Source of the DNA: Lama glama
Taxonomy: Eukaryota
Direction of reading: 5' to 3'
Assembly: GCA_028534125.1 (NCBI GenBank)
Contig: CM052817.1
Span: 3,536,001-3,600,000, forward strand
DNA length: 64,000 nucleotides
Of this stretch, positions 23,932 to 34,795 are shown piece after piece (positions within the stretch are counted from its first letter, which is position 1; every line of letters begins with the position of its first letter). The position numbers and the translations under genes are program-made. The notes below the pieces were generated by a model. That model saw only the letters and a list, made by a program, of their open reading frames with translations, did no database searches and was not told the DNA's origin.

Positions 23932-24405
23932 GCTGTTCTCCCCCGTCCAGTGCACCATCGCCTGGTTGTGCGTCGCGTCCCCCTTGAGCACGAACGACGT
24001 GCTGATGAGCGAGACCTGCGCCCGTGAAGCTGCTCCGGCCAGCGGCGCCGCCCGCGCCCAGCGCCCCTGGCCCGCAGCGGGGGAGCCGTCCTCGCCGGGA
24101 CCCGGAGCGGGACCGGGACCGGGACCTGAAGCGCCGGGTTCCACGCCGCGCGCCTGCCGGTCCTTGCCGCCGCCGGGCAGTGCACGCCCCGGCCGGCTCG
24201 GCGGCGCCCGGATCAGCCGGGCGCGGGGACCCAGGCGCCCGGGCTCCGGGGAGCGCCCCGCCGCCCCGCAGGCGGCCAGCAGCAGCAGCAGCAGCAGAAG
24301 CGGCCGCGATCGCGGCGAGCGCATCGGCGGCGGCGCCCAGAGGCTCGGGGCTTGGGCGGCGGAGCCGGGGCCCTTCGGGACTCGCGGGGGCCCTCGGTGC
24401 GCCAT
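23929..24405 (-). CDS. SORCS2: SORCS2 coding exon 1: signal peptide, propeptide-like region and start of the VPS10 domain
   Basis: Translation MAHRGPPRVPKG...RPLLLLLLLLAACGAAGRSPEPGRLG...[32 protein letters not shown] matches the mammalian SorCS2 N-terminus as I recall it. The ATG is in a strong Kozak context (gcgaccATGG). The exon has 477 coding nt (159 codons) and ends at AGC|GTAAGT. Confidence 0.97.
24277..24297 (-). repeat. (CTG)7 encoding the poly-Leu core of the signal peptide
   Basis: Plus-strand (CAG)7. On the mRNA it is preceded by CTT, giving Leu8. Confidence 0.95.
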
Positions 24406-24575
24406 GGTCGCCGAGGGGCGGCGGCGGCGGGGCGACACGGGCGAGGGAGACCGCGGCCGGGAGAGTGGAGGGCGCTGGGGAGCGAGAGCGCAGAGAAAGG
24501 AGCCGGCGAGGGGAGGGAGCCGGCGGGAGGAGGGGACTCGCCGCTCAGCCGCCACCACCCGCGCAGCCGAGGGCG

Positions 24576-24594
24576 CACCGCCACCTGCCGGCCA
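24576..24594 (-). promoter_or_regulatory. Candidate CTCF site overlapping an E-box (CAGGTG)
   Basis: Minus strand TGGCCGGCAGGTGGCGGTG compared with the CTCF consensus TGGCCACCAGGGGGCGCTA. Confidence 0.5.
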
Positions 24595-24754
24595 GCCCCG
24601 CGCCCGCCACAGCGAGCGCCAGCCGTTGGAGACCAGGGCCTGGAGGGCCTGGAGCTCGCCCCAACACTGTGCGGCCACAGGCCACAGATCCCTCTCTTCC
24701 CTTCCTTGCTCCTTCCCTCCCTCCCTTCTCTCCCACCCTCTGGCCTTCCTCCCA

Positions 24755-24900
24755 ACCTTTCTTCCTTTATTTACTAAGAACCTACTCCAGGCCAGCCAAG
24801 TTCCAGGCCCTGGGGATACAGAGGTGAGCAGAGCCAGTGCCTGTCCCTGCAAAACAGATCACACTCAAGTGAACATGTTCATGGACAGAATCACCCCAGG
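24755..24900 (-). mobile_element. L2 3' end fragment just upstream of the CpG island
   Basis: tttatttactaagaacctactccaggccagcc...ccctggggatacagaggtgagcaga. Confidence 0.6.
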
Positions 24901-27900
24901 GAGCCAGAACTAAGCCAGACTGTAAGGGGGGGAGGGTTGCTCTCTTGTAGGGGCCTCTGAAAGGCTGACAATGGAGACAGAACCTAGCATCTGGAATATC
25001 CAGCAGGAGACCCTGGGGGCCAGCGGGAGTACTGCGAAGACCCGAAAGCAGCTTCCAGCTCACCTGGCTGACCTTCCCCACACAGCCACGCCTGTGGCTT
25101 ATGCTTCTGCATAAGTCACTGCAGACTTTATGTCCCAACCCCAACCCCAACCCTCGGGGCCAGAGGGCAAGGAGAGGGTCCCATTCAGGGCAGCGCCTGG
25201 CAGGCCGCAGTGCAGACTGTGGAAACAGAGGCCCAGAGCACAGGAAGTCTCCACCAAGGTCAAGAACCTACTTTAGACAGATTTCAATATGACCTCGTTG
25301 AGCACCCACCAGGTGCTCCACGTTGGCCTCAGGGAAGAGAGACAGGAGGGGGAGCTTCTCCGAGGCAAGGTCAGAGTCAGGGTCAGCTTTGCATCCTTTG
25401 CCCGGCCAGGGGCCACCCTGCCTCCATCCCAACCTGGTGGCCCTGAAATTAGATAAAAATCCTCAGGGTTCCTGTCACATCCACCTCCCAGCTGGGTCTC
25501 TTTGCTCCAGAGAGAGAGCCTAACAGGGCAGAGGAGCAAAGCCATGAACATTCAGGAAAGATAGAGAGTAGGGCTTCCCTCTGGCCCCCAGAGCTCAAGC
25601 ACCCAGCGCCCTCTCTTCTGCTTGCTCACCCCAAGTTCACCGCCGGGAGTGACACCCCGTAACAGACTGGGCCCACCCTGCGCCCAGCACTGGGGTGGGG
25701 AACAGGGGCGTGGCTAGATGTCTAAGAAGTTGGATACCTTGGAATGTGCCCTCGCCCCTTCCACGGTGTAAATTCCCAACGTGTCAGATGCGAAATTTCC
25801 AGCTCAGGCCCAGGGCCAGGGAAGAAGGGGGAGTCAGCAGCTGTGGGAACATCTGGTCCATCACAGGGAGCAGAGAACAGAACAGGGTCAGTGCAGAGCT
25901 GATGGGGGGGTGACGAGGCAAACAGGGAGGGGGCACTGCGAAGAAGCTTACAAACAAACCAATACTGCAGACAGTGGCTGGCAGGGAAGGCACTGCATGG
26001 CAGTCAGAGGAGAGCACGTCTGTCCCAGATTAGACACAAGTTCACCAACGGGCCCTCTGACACTGGCTGAATGTCCACCTCCCCAGCTGTAAAGGGAGGG
26101 GGCCTGCACCATCTCCAATAACTCTTCCAGTCATTTTGTTTTGTTTTCTTTTGTCTTGTTTTTCAATAAAGGAAGGTCTCTAAGTACTGTCCTCAAGAAA
26201 ACTGGACACTGACAAATTACTGAGCTCCTACTACATGCTGGGCTTCCCCAGGGGCTGGCTGTGTCCTGGAAAAGAAGACGAGGCCTCTGCTCTTGGGGTG
26301 GGTGATGTTGCAGGTGAGCATATGTAATTCTCACCACCAGGCTGTGGGAGGGGTATGATGGTCCCCATCTTACAGACCAGGAGACAGACTCAGAGTGGTG
26401 ACTGCTCAAGGTCCCCTGGCCAGAGTCAGAGGCCAGGCTCCAGGCCGGTTTTCTGGCCCCAAAGTAGCACTCTTTCCACCCCGTCCCCATCACTTGCCAT
26501 CCAAGCAGGGCTGTGGGCAGCTTACCCCTCTGAGGCTTGGGAAGAGCTCCCCAGAGGGAGCCTAATATGGACACACACGGCCCCCAGGCTCAGAGGGAGG
26601 CCGCATCATTAGTGCCTTGGTTCATGTCCCAACAAGCTGGGGAGAGGGTCCAGGCCTGGAATGTCATGACGCCTCACCAGCGCTCCTTCCAGAACAACCG
26701 GCTGCCTCTGCTCCAATAAGGCCCCAAGGCATTCAGAAGGGCAGGACTGACTCGTCCCTTCTCTGAATCCAAAGCTCAGCAATGTTGTGATTCTGTCCAG
26801 ATCATCCAGCCCACAAACATTGCTGGACCAGGGACATAGTGAGGAGGGAGACACACGAGTCCCCTGTGCTGGGGAGGAGCACATGTCCTCGGATCCCCAG
26901 GAAAGCCCAGACAGTGCTGCATACCCAGGAGAAAGTGCGGCAGGCCTGGGATGTGGACGGCAGGGGTGCTGGGGGCAGGTGACTGAGCTGAGAAGGAGAG
27001 GGGCTGGCACAGGCACAGCAGGAGAGCTGTCAGCAGAGTGGGGAGCACTGTGCCCCAGCCCAGCCCGGAGCAGCTGGGCCTCCCGGGGAGGAAGGCGCTG
27101 GGCTTGATGTGTGTTCGCAGACGGCTGCGAAGCATCCGGCCAGGGGGTTTCAGGCAGGGGAGGGAGGCCGGTGGTGTTCGTCCAGCCATCGCTCTGCCCG
27201 CTGGGAGGACAGGTGCAGGAAGCTCCTCGGGTCATGACTGTCCAGGACCAGAGAGAGGCTGCAGTGCCTGGGCACGGGCCGGCAGCGACCGAGGAGGGGG
27301 CAGTGGAGGGAAACCCACTTCTGGGTGTCTCCCATCTCCTGTGCTCACCCACCTCTGTAACCCGCGGCAGGGACTCGGGGACTCCGATGCAAGGGAAAGA
27401 CGGTCAAGTGTGGAGAGCAAAGGAGAGCTTCAATCAGGCATCCAGTCTGACCCCCGCGTGCAAGGGAGTCTCCCGAGGCCACAGGGGCAGTGTCTGCAGT
27501 GCCCACTGAGCTGGCGAAGGGCACAGGAGGCAGCGGGGCATGAACGCTGATGGAGGCATTGGCCTGGGAGCTGGGCCACACGTGGACGCTGGGGCTCAGC
27601 GCCCAGCCTCAAGGTGCATGGAATAAATATTAAACCCTCTTGAGGGACTGTAACACCTGATTCTTCACAACACCAAGATCCTAAGGCAGCCATCCGCCCT
27701 CCTCAGCTCTGTGCAGGGCACTGGGATCAGATGGAATCTGACCTGGTCCCACTCCTAAAGCACTCACCATCTGATGGGGGAGGCATACGGGTAAACAAAC
27801 AGTGACATCAGGGAAACACAAGCTCCCAAGGAGGTGTCTGGGGGCCAAAGGAAGGGGGAGCCGCCGTCCAGGGCTGCTTGGGGGGCCGCCCTTCAACCCA

Positions 27901-27999
27901 TCCTTCCAGGTGACAGTAGCAACAGTAACTGACATTACCACTTGTGAGCCTCCTCTGCGCCAGGCACTGTCCCAGACGGAGGAACTCACTGAACCTCTG

Positions 28000-28099
28000 N
28001 NNNNNNNNNNNNNNNNNNNNNNNNNNNNNNNNNNNNNNNNNNNNNNNNNNNNNNNNNNNNNNNNNNNNNNNNNNNNNNNNNNNNNNNNNNNNNNNNNNN
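28000..28099. other. Assembly gap (100 N placeholder)
   Basis: Run of exactly 100 N. Confidence 1.
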
Positions 28100-28148
28100 C
28101 TCTGTGAAGGGCAAGTAGTATTTTCCCCAACTTAAAGATGAGGAAGGT

Positions 28149-28446
28149 CGATTGTGGTGACCGGGGTGGGGGGCGGGGTAGAGGGTGGGAAGGGGTAGAC
28201 GGGGGTTTCAAAATTGTAGAATAGATAAACAAGATTACACTGTATAGCACAGGGAAATATACACAAAATGTTATGATAAATCACAGAGAAAAAAATGTGA
28301 AAAAAAAAAGTCTGTGGCAGGTTCTTACCCAGAAAAAGAGCACTTGCACAAAGGGTTATATGTCTACACTTTCCCCAGGTGGTAAATGGAACACGCACTT
28401 CTTCCTAATTAATAAAACAAGTTTAGTCAATCAAGGGAAAAAAAAA
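28149..28446 (+). mobile_element. Young 5'-truncated L1 3'UTR plus extra downstream sequence, 15-bp TSD
   Basis: TSD aaagatgaggaaggt at 28134-28148 and 28447-28461. The L1 part is homologous to the reverse-strand copy at 41000-41215. Confidence 0.88.
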
Positions 28447-28609
28447 AAAGATGAGGAAGGTGAAGCTACACAGGGGGCCAGTACTTCACCCAAAGGACTC
28501 AAAGGCCCACGTCCTCGTGTACCAACTGGGTGCCCTGAGCGTGTCCCAGCTTCACCTCTGTGTTTCATAAGTCGCCTCACCTGTAAAATGGACTAGTACC
28601 GCCCAGAAT

Positions 28610-28920
28610 CAGGGCTCTCAATGTGTCATCCCTGGACCAGTGGCATCAGCATTCATGGGAACTGGTTATAAAGCTGATTTCTGGGCCCACCCCAGACCTA
28701 CAGAACCAGAAACTCTGGGGCAGGGCCCTGATCCAAGGACCTCTGGGTGGTTCTGACACACCCGTGGTTCTCAGTCCGGGCTGCACGTTAGAATCACGTG
28801 GAGAACTTTAGAAAAATACCAGTGTCCGAGATCCAACCCTGACCTCTCCATCTCTGGTGGGGAGGGGCCTCTCTAAACTCCCAGGTGATTGGAATGTGCA
28901 GCGAGCCCTGAGCCACCAGC
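28610..28920. mobile_element. Two adjacent MER5-like DNA transposons
   Basis: gggcccaccccagacctacagaaccagaaactctgggg and gtggttctcagtccgggctgcacgttagaatcac...ctcccaggtgattggaatgtgcagc. Confidence 0.8.
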
Positions 28921-31169
28921 CTGCAACACAGCCTTTTATAAGGACTCGAGAGAGAACAGGTGCCGAGCACCTGGCACGTGGCTGGATCACAGTAAACAGT
29001 ACCTTTCCTGAGAGGTCAAGTGGGAGCCCCTGGTACCCCAGTCCAAGTCTTTTCACTTCAAGATCCACACGTGCTTCCCTGTTTCAAGACAATTCTCCCA
29101 TCCAAAAAGGAGAAGAAATACTTTCTCTCCAACTTTTAATCAGACCATTTGCTCGTTAAAAGTTGCAAGCTGTTTTAAATTATCAAAGCTCTCTAGTGAT
29201 CATGGTTTAATTTATCATTATAAACATGACAAAGCTCAACGTACACAGCTCCCCGAGTGGGCCCGTCTCAGACGGTCAAGGGGTCCCTGAGCCACCCTCA
29301 CCAGGGACGATGGGGGACCCGGCAGGAGGGAGACTGAGGGGACATGCTGTTGGGGGGCTGGATTCCACAGAGGGGAGCCCCAGGCGCTCCCTCAGCCGCC
29401 CAGCTTGGCCTCCAGTGACACCTAGAAGTTTTGCAGCTGCTCCGGGCGGGAGGGCTGCGGCGGCCTGCAGCAAGTCTCCTGACGACTTTCCGGGAATGAC
29501 CAGGGCTAGAGGCGGTGGTTTCGAGAAGGGTCAGGCTCCACAGTCTCACTGTCAGGTTGTCAGGGGAGACAGACAGCAGTGGGGACGGCTGGTCAGGTTG
29601 TTAACTCGGGCCAGGAACAAAAGCCTGATCCTGAGACAGAAGGGAAACGTGTCCAGACAGAGGAGGAAGACAAGGCCCCGCTGTGAGACAGCCGGTGGGC
29701 TGGCACCTTGAGCCAAGAGGGAGGGAGACAGGGAGGAGGGGGCGGCAGTCCCTCGGGTGGCGCGTTTTAAGGGGGTGGCGGTGGCGGTAGCAGTTGCTTT
29801 TTAGCAGAGGCAAGGACTTCCATCCACTGGAGAACCAGCGCTGTGGGTTGGCCAAACCCCTGATGTGTGAGAGGCCAGCCAGGCAGGAGGCCCAAAGTAG
29901 ACAGAGGCCAGATGACAATCAGCCACTTCCAGGCTATCAGAGCTCTCTTTAATCATGGACACTGCAAAGCTAGCGCACTGCAAACAGGTCGGTCCATTTC
30001 CTCCGTTCATCAAATGTTTACTGAGCACCTGCTATGTGCCTGGCATGATTCCAGGCTCCAGGGAGAAAGCAGGGAACGAACCAGACCAAATCCCTGGTGG
30101 CATAAACGGGAGCTGGTGGAGAGACAGGGAAGAGCGCTCCCAGCAGAGGGACCAGGCAGGTCACGCCCTGGACGTCACGGGAACCCCGGCTTCCACTGGC
30201 TGAGGGCAGGGAGGGGCGGGCAGGGCATGTGGAAACGGAGGCTCCCTGGTCCCTCGAGCATCCCCCACAGTGCTGGGGGACCAGACAATGACCAGAGCTG
30301 GTGCCCGGCCTCAGGACAGTCAGCACAGGGCGGTGCTGCTGCAGCACAAGTGGCGACACTCCGCCAGGGCCCTCCACCCCGGCTCTGCCCTGGGCACTTG
30401 GCAGGACTGCCTTGCTGTTGCCTCGGCTGTGCCTGGGGGACGGACCCACCATCATCTTTTCACGGAAGCGGGAACCGCGGCACCACTTGACACGGCAGAG
30501 GTGCTCGCCCGAGTTTCCACGAGCAGGGAGGGGGTGACAGCAGGCCGTGACCCACAGCACCCAGCTGAAGAACTCATGTGTCCCCATGTGCTAATGAGCA
30601 CCAGGGGGTGGGGTGGGCCTGGGGTGCCCCCTCTGCCTCAGCTTTCACATCTTTAATCTTCCCCGACACTATGCGGCTGGGATGATTATCAGCTCCATTG
30701 ATTCCCAGCGAGACCAAGGCTCCCAGGGTGACGGTGACCAGCCCACCCCATGCAGCCTGGAAGCACAGGCAGTGGGGCCTGAGCCCCCTGCTCCCCTCCT
30801 CTCTACATGCCCCCACAAAGCCCTGTGCGGACAGAGACTGGGGCAGTGAGCGGCTCTGGCCAGTGCTGGCAGGAGTGGGAGCGACTTTCTTTGCCCTCAC
30901 CACCCATGATGCCCCTTTCTTACTGGGTTGCAGTGTGGCTCAGAAGTGAGCCCTCAGGTCCTCAGAGCATTATGGTTCGTGGTCATCTCCTGATGGGCAC
31001 CAGGGGAGCCCCTACAGGCCTGGAGAAGTGGGATCCCCCGTCAGTCCATCTGGGGCCAGAGCCCAGTCTGGTCACTCCAGCAGACAGGGCAGAGGGGAGG
31101 AGCGTAGCCAGCTTTGGGCAGGAAAGTGCTCTCTACAGGAGACCCCTTCGTCACTACCCTTAAACCCAG

Positions 31170-31636
31170 CACCCCATGCCCTACTGACCTCTGACCGTAG
31201 CACACATTTCAGATCTTTTGATCACACGATACCGTGCCCAACCTGTCGGTTCTTTCCATAAACCAAAGAAGTAGAAATGAAGAATAAGTAATTGACAGAT
31301 GACCAGATCCCCTCCCTGATCATCTCGTGAACAAACTATGCAAACAAGACAGCGTCTAAAGAAAAATCACGAGAAGTCAACAAGCCTGCACGCGCGGTGG
31401 GGGTGGTGATGACTCTGACCCGCGTTTCAATGATTAACTGAGATTTCTTCCCCTTTCTCTTTAAGAAACTTTCATGGTCAAGCAGAGTCTTTGGAGATGA
31501 CCCTTGGGGGCCGCGAAGCCCACCACCTCCCTAGATGCCAGCACCATGATTAAAAGCAGCTTTCCTTCTACCAACAGTCACCTCTCCTGAGTATTGATTT
31601 CTGAGCGGCGAGCTGCTGGGCCTGTGCTGGGTAACA
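31170..31636 (+). mobile_element. Solo ERV-type LTR (5' boundary uncertain)
   Basis: ATTAAA at 31549-31554, followed by a U5-like segment ending ...gggtaaca. Confidence 0.6.
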
Positions 31637-32879
31637 GGAGGGCCGGGCTTCGGGGTGGCCTGCAATCAAACAGAAACTGTCCTTGGGGAGGAAAGCAGGG
31701 GCTGGAGACTTGAGGCCAAAAGGCCCTGGCCTGTAGTAGAAGCCCAAGGAAGTCTGTGACGGAAGGAACTTAAAAAGACCGGAGGGCAAAGCGGGGACAC
31801 AGCCAGCCCTGGTGGACCTGGCCTCTCCTCAGTCTCACTCACATGGCTGAAGGCAAGTCCCCCCCACCCCAAACCCCTGCACCACACACCAGGGTTCACT
31901 GGAATTGGGGGAGAGGGCAGAACTTGTCGGTTGCCTCCCATGTGCCACTGTTTTGGTGCATAGTTATTCTGATTTTAGAAACAAGGCATCTGAGGCCCAG
32001 AGAGGTTAATAACCTGCCCTAGATCACACAGCTGGAGAGTGGCAGATCTTCAGGACAAGGGAGCTAATAGCAATGTTTCAGAAGTGGTGTAAGGGCAGTG
32101 ACAACACCTGCCTCGGAGGTGGTTGTCCTGTGTCTGAAAGCACCCAACTCAGTCAGGGTGTAATTAATGACTGTCGGGGGAAAGTGAACTCGGAGGTGGG
32201 GACAGGAGCCAAACTCAGGTCCTGGCCCTGCCGGGCTCCAGGTAAGTCACTGAATGTCTCTGTGCCTCGGAGAAGGGTAGGGGGCCCTGCGTCATAGGCT
32301 GTCATGCGGATAAACAAGTGTCTGCAAAATGCTTACAAGAGCATTTGTGAGGTGTATGCTGCAGAGAGAAGGCCTTCCCGTGGGACAGTGACAGAATGAC
32401 CCATCTCAGTCATGCGTACCTCATCTGTGTGATGAGGTGACGGTCTCGGTCCAGACCCCTGGGTGCCCCAGCTGGCACACAGTGCCTGTTCATTTATAAG
32501 GCAAATGTTCCCTGAGGCCAGGGGCCGAGCATGGATGCTAGGTGGGCAGGTGGCCCTGACCAGAGGGCCCACCGTCTGCCAGCAGAGCAGCCCCCTGGCT
32601 ATGTGCTCTGGGCCTCAGTTTCCCCATATGTAAAATGGGGCGGGCGGTGGGGGTTGGGGGGACTACTTTAGAACTTCCACAGAACATGAGCCCCCGAGAC
32701 ACCCTTCAGAAACATATCTGCAGTTTAGGAAAATGCCACTGACTCCCTCCCATGACGTGAGCATACCAAGGACTGAAAAGTTCAGCGATTTAAAAATCTG
32801 TTTGACTTTGATTAATTCAGTTCCTCCCCTCAACTTTTTGACCCTCTGGTTCTTTATTTCTGCTTAACAGCATGAACAC

Positions 32880-33480
32880 CCTAGAGAACACGGCTGTTAC
32901 TGAAGTATGCGCTGAGCACAGTGGAAGGAAGAGGGAGGAGGACTGAGGCTGCCTGGGGTGTTGGTGTCAGAAGAAAACATTCGAGTGGGTCTTGAACGAT
33001 GAGGAGGGACTGGCTGGAGTAACACAGAGAGTGCAGCACATACAGAGGACAAAGGATAAAGGTGCAGGGTCCACACAGCACGGGGCAGATGGGCCTGGCC
33101 GTGCAGGTTGGAGCAGCGGCTGTAGACTAGAAGAAGCCCAGAGGCTCCAGGCTTGTGCCTGCTCCTGAGGTCAAAGAGAATCTTCTAGAAAAGGAACAAC
33201 CTGATCAGATTTGTGTTTTGTCAGCTTATGAAAGCTGGAGCCTGGGAGAGAGACAGGGGCACCTGCTGGGGGCCGTGGCCTTGGTCCAGGTGAGTGATGA
33301 CAAGATCTGACCAGACAGTGGGCAGCAAGGGAGAGGGGGAGATAGAGGTTGGTCCCCAGGACCTGACTGGGCAGAATGAGAAAGCAGGAGGAGTCAAAGA
33401 GGCTCTGAGGGAGGCTGAGAAGAAGGATGCCAAGTCCCTTGTTAGGGAACACGTTTGAGGGGGAAGGTGTTTGTGGGCCA
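32880..33480 (-). mobile_element. L2 fragment
   Basis: acctgatcagatttgtgttttg...ccaggtgagtgatga...gagaaagcaggaggagtcaaagag. Confidence 0.65.
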
Positions 33481-33489
33481 CCCTGGAGG

Positions 33490-33830
33490 TGTTAGGCTAG
33501 ACTAGGCTGGGCTGCAGTAACAAAGAACCCCAAATCTCAGAGGGGTCACCAAAGAAAGGTGCATCTCATTTACTCACAAAGTCTGATGCAGGTCAACTGG
33601 CCCTCTTCCACCCTGTAGCTCTGCCGTCCGGAACACACGGCCTTCAGGGTCACAGTGGTAGAGGAGAGAAAGCGAGAACCTCACAGGGTGTTTTGTGGGG
33701 CCTGGACCTGGGAGCACTGCATCACTCGCACCCCCTGGCCAGAACCTGGGTCCACGGCCTCCACCTACCTGCACGGGAGGTTGCAGAGGTAGGACACATG
33801 GACATTTGGTGAGCCCCACTTGTCACTGTC
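33490..33830 (-). mobile_element. Old MLT1-type LTR
   Basis: ctaggctgggctgcagtaacaaagaaccccaaatctcag...ctggccagaacctgggtccacggcc. Confidence 0.6.
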
Positions 33831-34569
33831 ACACCGGCAAGGAGGCTCCAGAGGCCTTTGGAAATGGTGACCAGCAAGGGTGTCAAGGCTTGAAATACCG
33901 ATCTGGGCATGACTGTGGAGTGAGATCACCCAGAAAAAGAGAAGGAAGAGAGAAAATAGGTAACGCCATAAATCCCTCTCAGGTTGCATTTAGGAATTCC
34001 CAGAGGATGACTCAAGATTTAATCCAAAATCTCTTGTTTCCAAATATCTGGTTATTTGTTGTCACGTAGACAGGGCATCCAGATTTTTCCTGAATTTTTC
34101 ACTTTCCATATGGTTCCTTGGCATCACATAGGCAGCCAAAAGCAGTTGGCAAGAGTTTGAGGACCATGCTGTTCCATAACGCTCTCTCTGTGTAAGGCCG
34201 AGGGCCTCTTGATTATAAGTTGTCTGGAGAAGAGGTTTTCAAAGCCTTCAATTTTAATAAACATTTTGAAAGGGAACTCACTGTGTTCTTGCCTTTAAGA
34301 TTCATAACAGATATCAAGTTTTGCTACCAAATTATTGACTATGTGACTGATTTTTTTAAATTCAAGTGCTTTGTACAGCTAACTTTTTTTTTCAAAAATA
34401 AAATTTTCCACAAATAAAATTTTGGTTGAAAATCATGGTTTGTGGGATCCCAGCTTGGAGGTTAATCAAAACTCATTGTTTTTCTTGGAAAGTCCTCCTG
34501 CCTTAATCAAGACTAACAGAGAAGCATGGGATACTTCTTCAAAATGGTTCTTGCAAAGCCCTTTCCTGA

Positions 34570-34795
34570 GGCAAGTGTCCCCACTCCGAGACCATAAGGG
34601 TCATGAGCCCTGGGACTGTGTCCATTTTGGTTCTCCACTTATCCTCACTGTCCAACACAGCGCTGGGCAAACCGTAGGCACTCAATCCATACTGGATGGA
34701 TGGATGGATGGATGGATGGATGGATGGACGGACGGACGGACGGATGAATGGTTGGATGGATGGATGGATGGATGGGTGGGTGGACGTATGGATGG
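34570..34795 (+). repeat. L2 3' end whose tail is a (GGAT)n/(GGAC)n microsatellite (34693-34795)
   Basis: catgagccctgggactgtgtccattttg...gtaggcactcaat, followed by tggatggatgga repeats. Confidence 0.85.

Larger units (their letters stand above)
23230..24680. promoter_or_regulatory. CpG island covering the SORCS2 promoter/5'UTR, exon 1 and the start of intron 1
   Basis: Very high GC and CpG density, with GCG/CGG runs. I saw no upstream ATG on the sense strand between 24406 and ~24870. Confidence 0.9.
27920..28490 (-). mobile_element. MIR SINE interrupted by the N-gap and by an L1 insertion
   Basis: Removing the insertion rejoins tgcgccaggcactgt...ctcactgaacctc | ctctgtgaagg...tattttccccaacttaaagatgaggaaggtgaagc. 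Confidence 0.65.

Noticed and set aside
23713..24852. 379-aa ORF extending SORCS2 upstream and into the intron
   Set aside because: It starts at a non-ATG codon inside an L2 fragment and reads through a consensus donor. Only 24405-23929 resembles SorCS2.
23870..24913. 347-aa and 267-aa plus-strand ORFs antisense to SORCS2 exon 1
   Set aside because: These are stop-poor shadows of a CpG island, with low-complexity Arg/Gly/Ala/Pro content and no recognisable domain.
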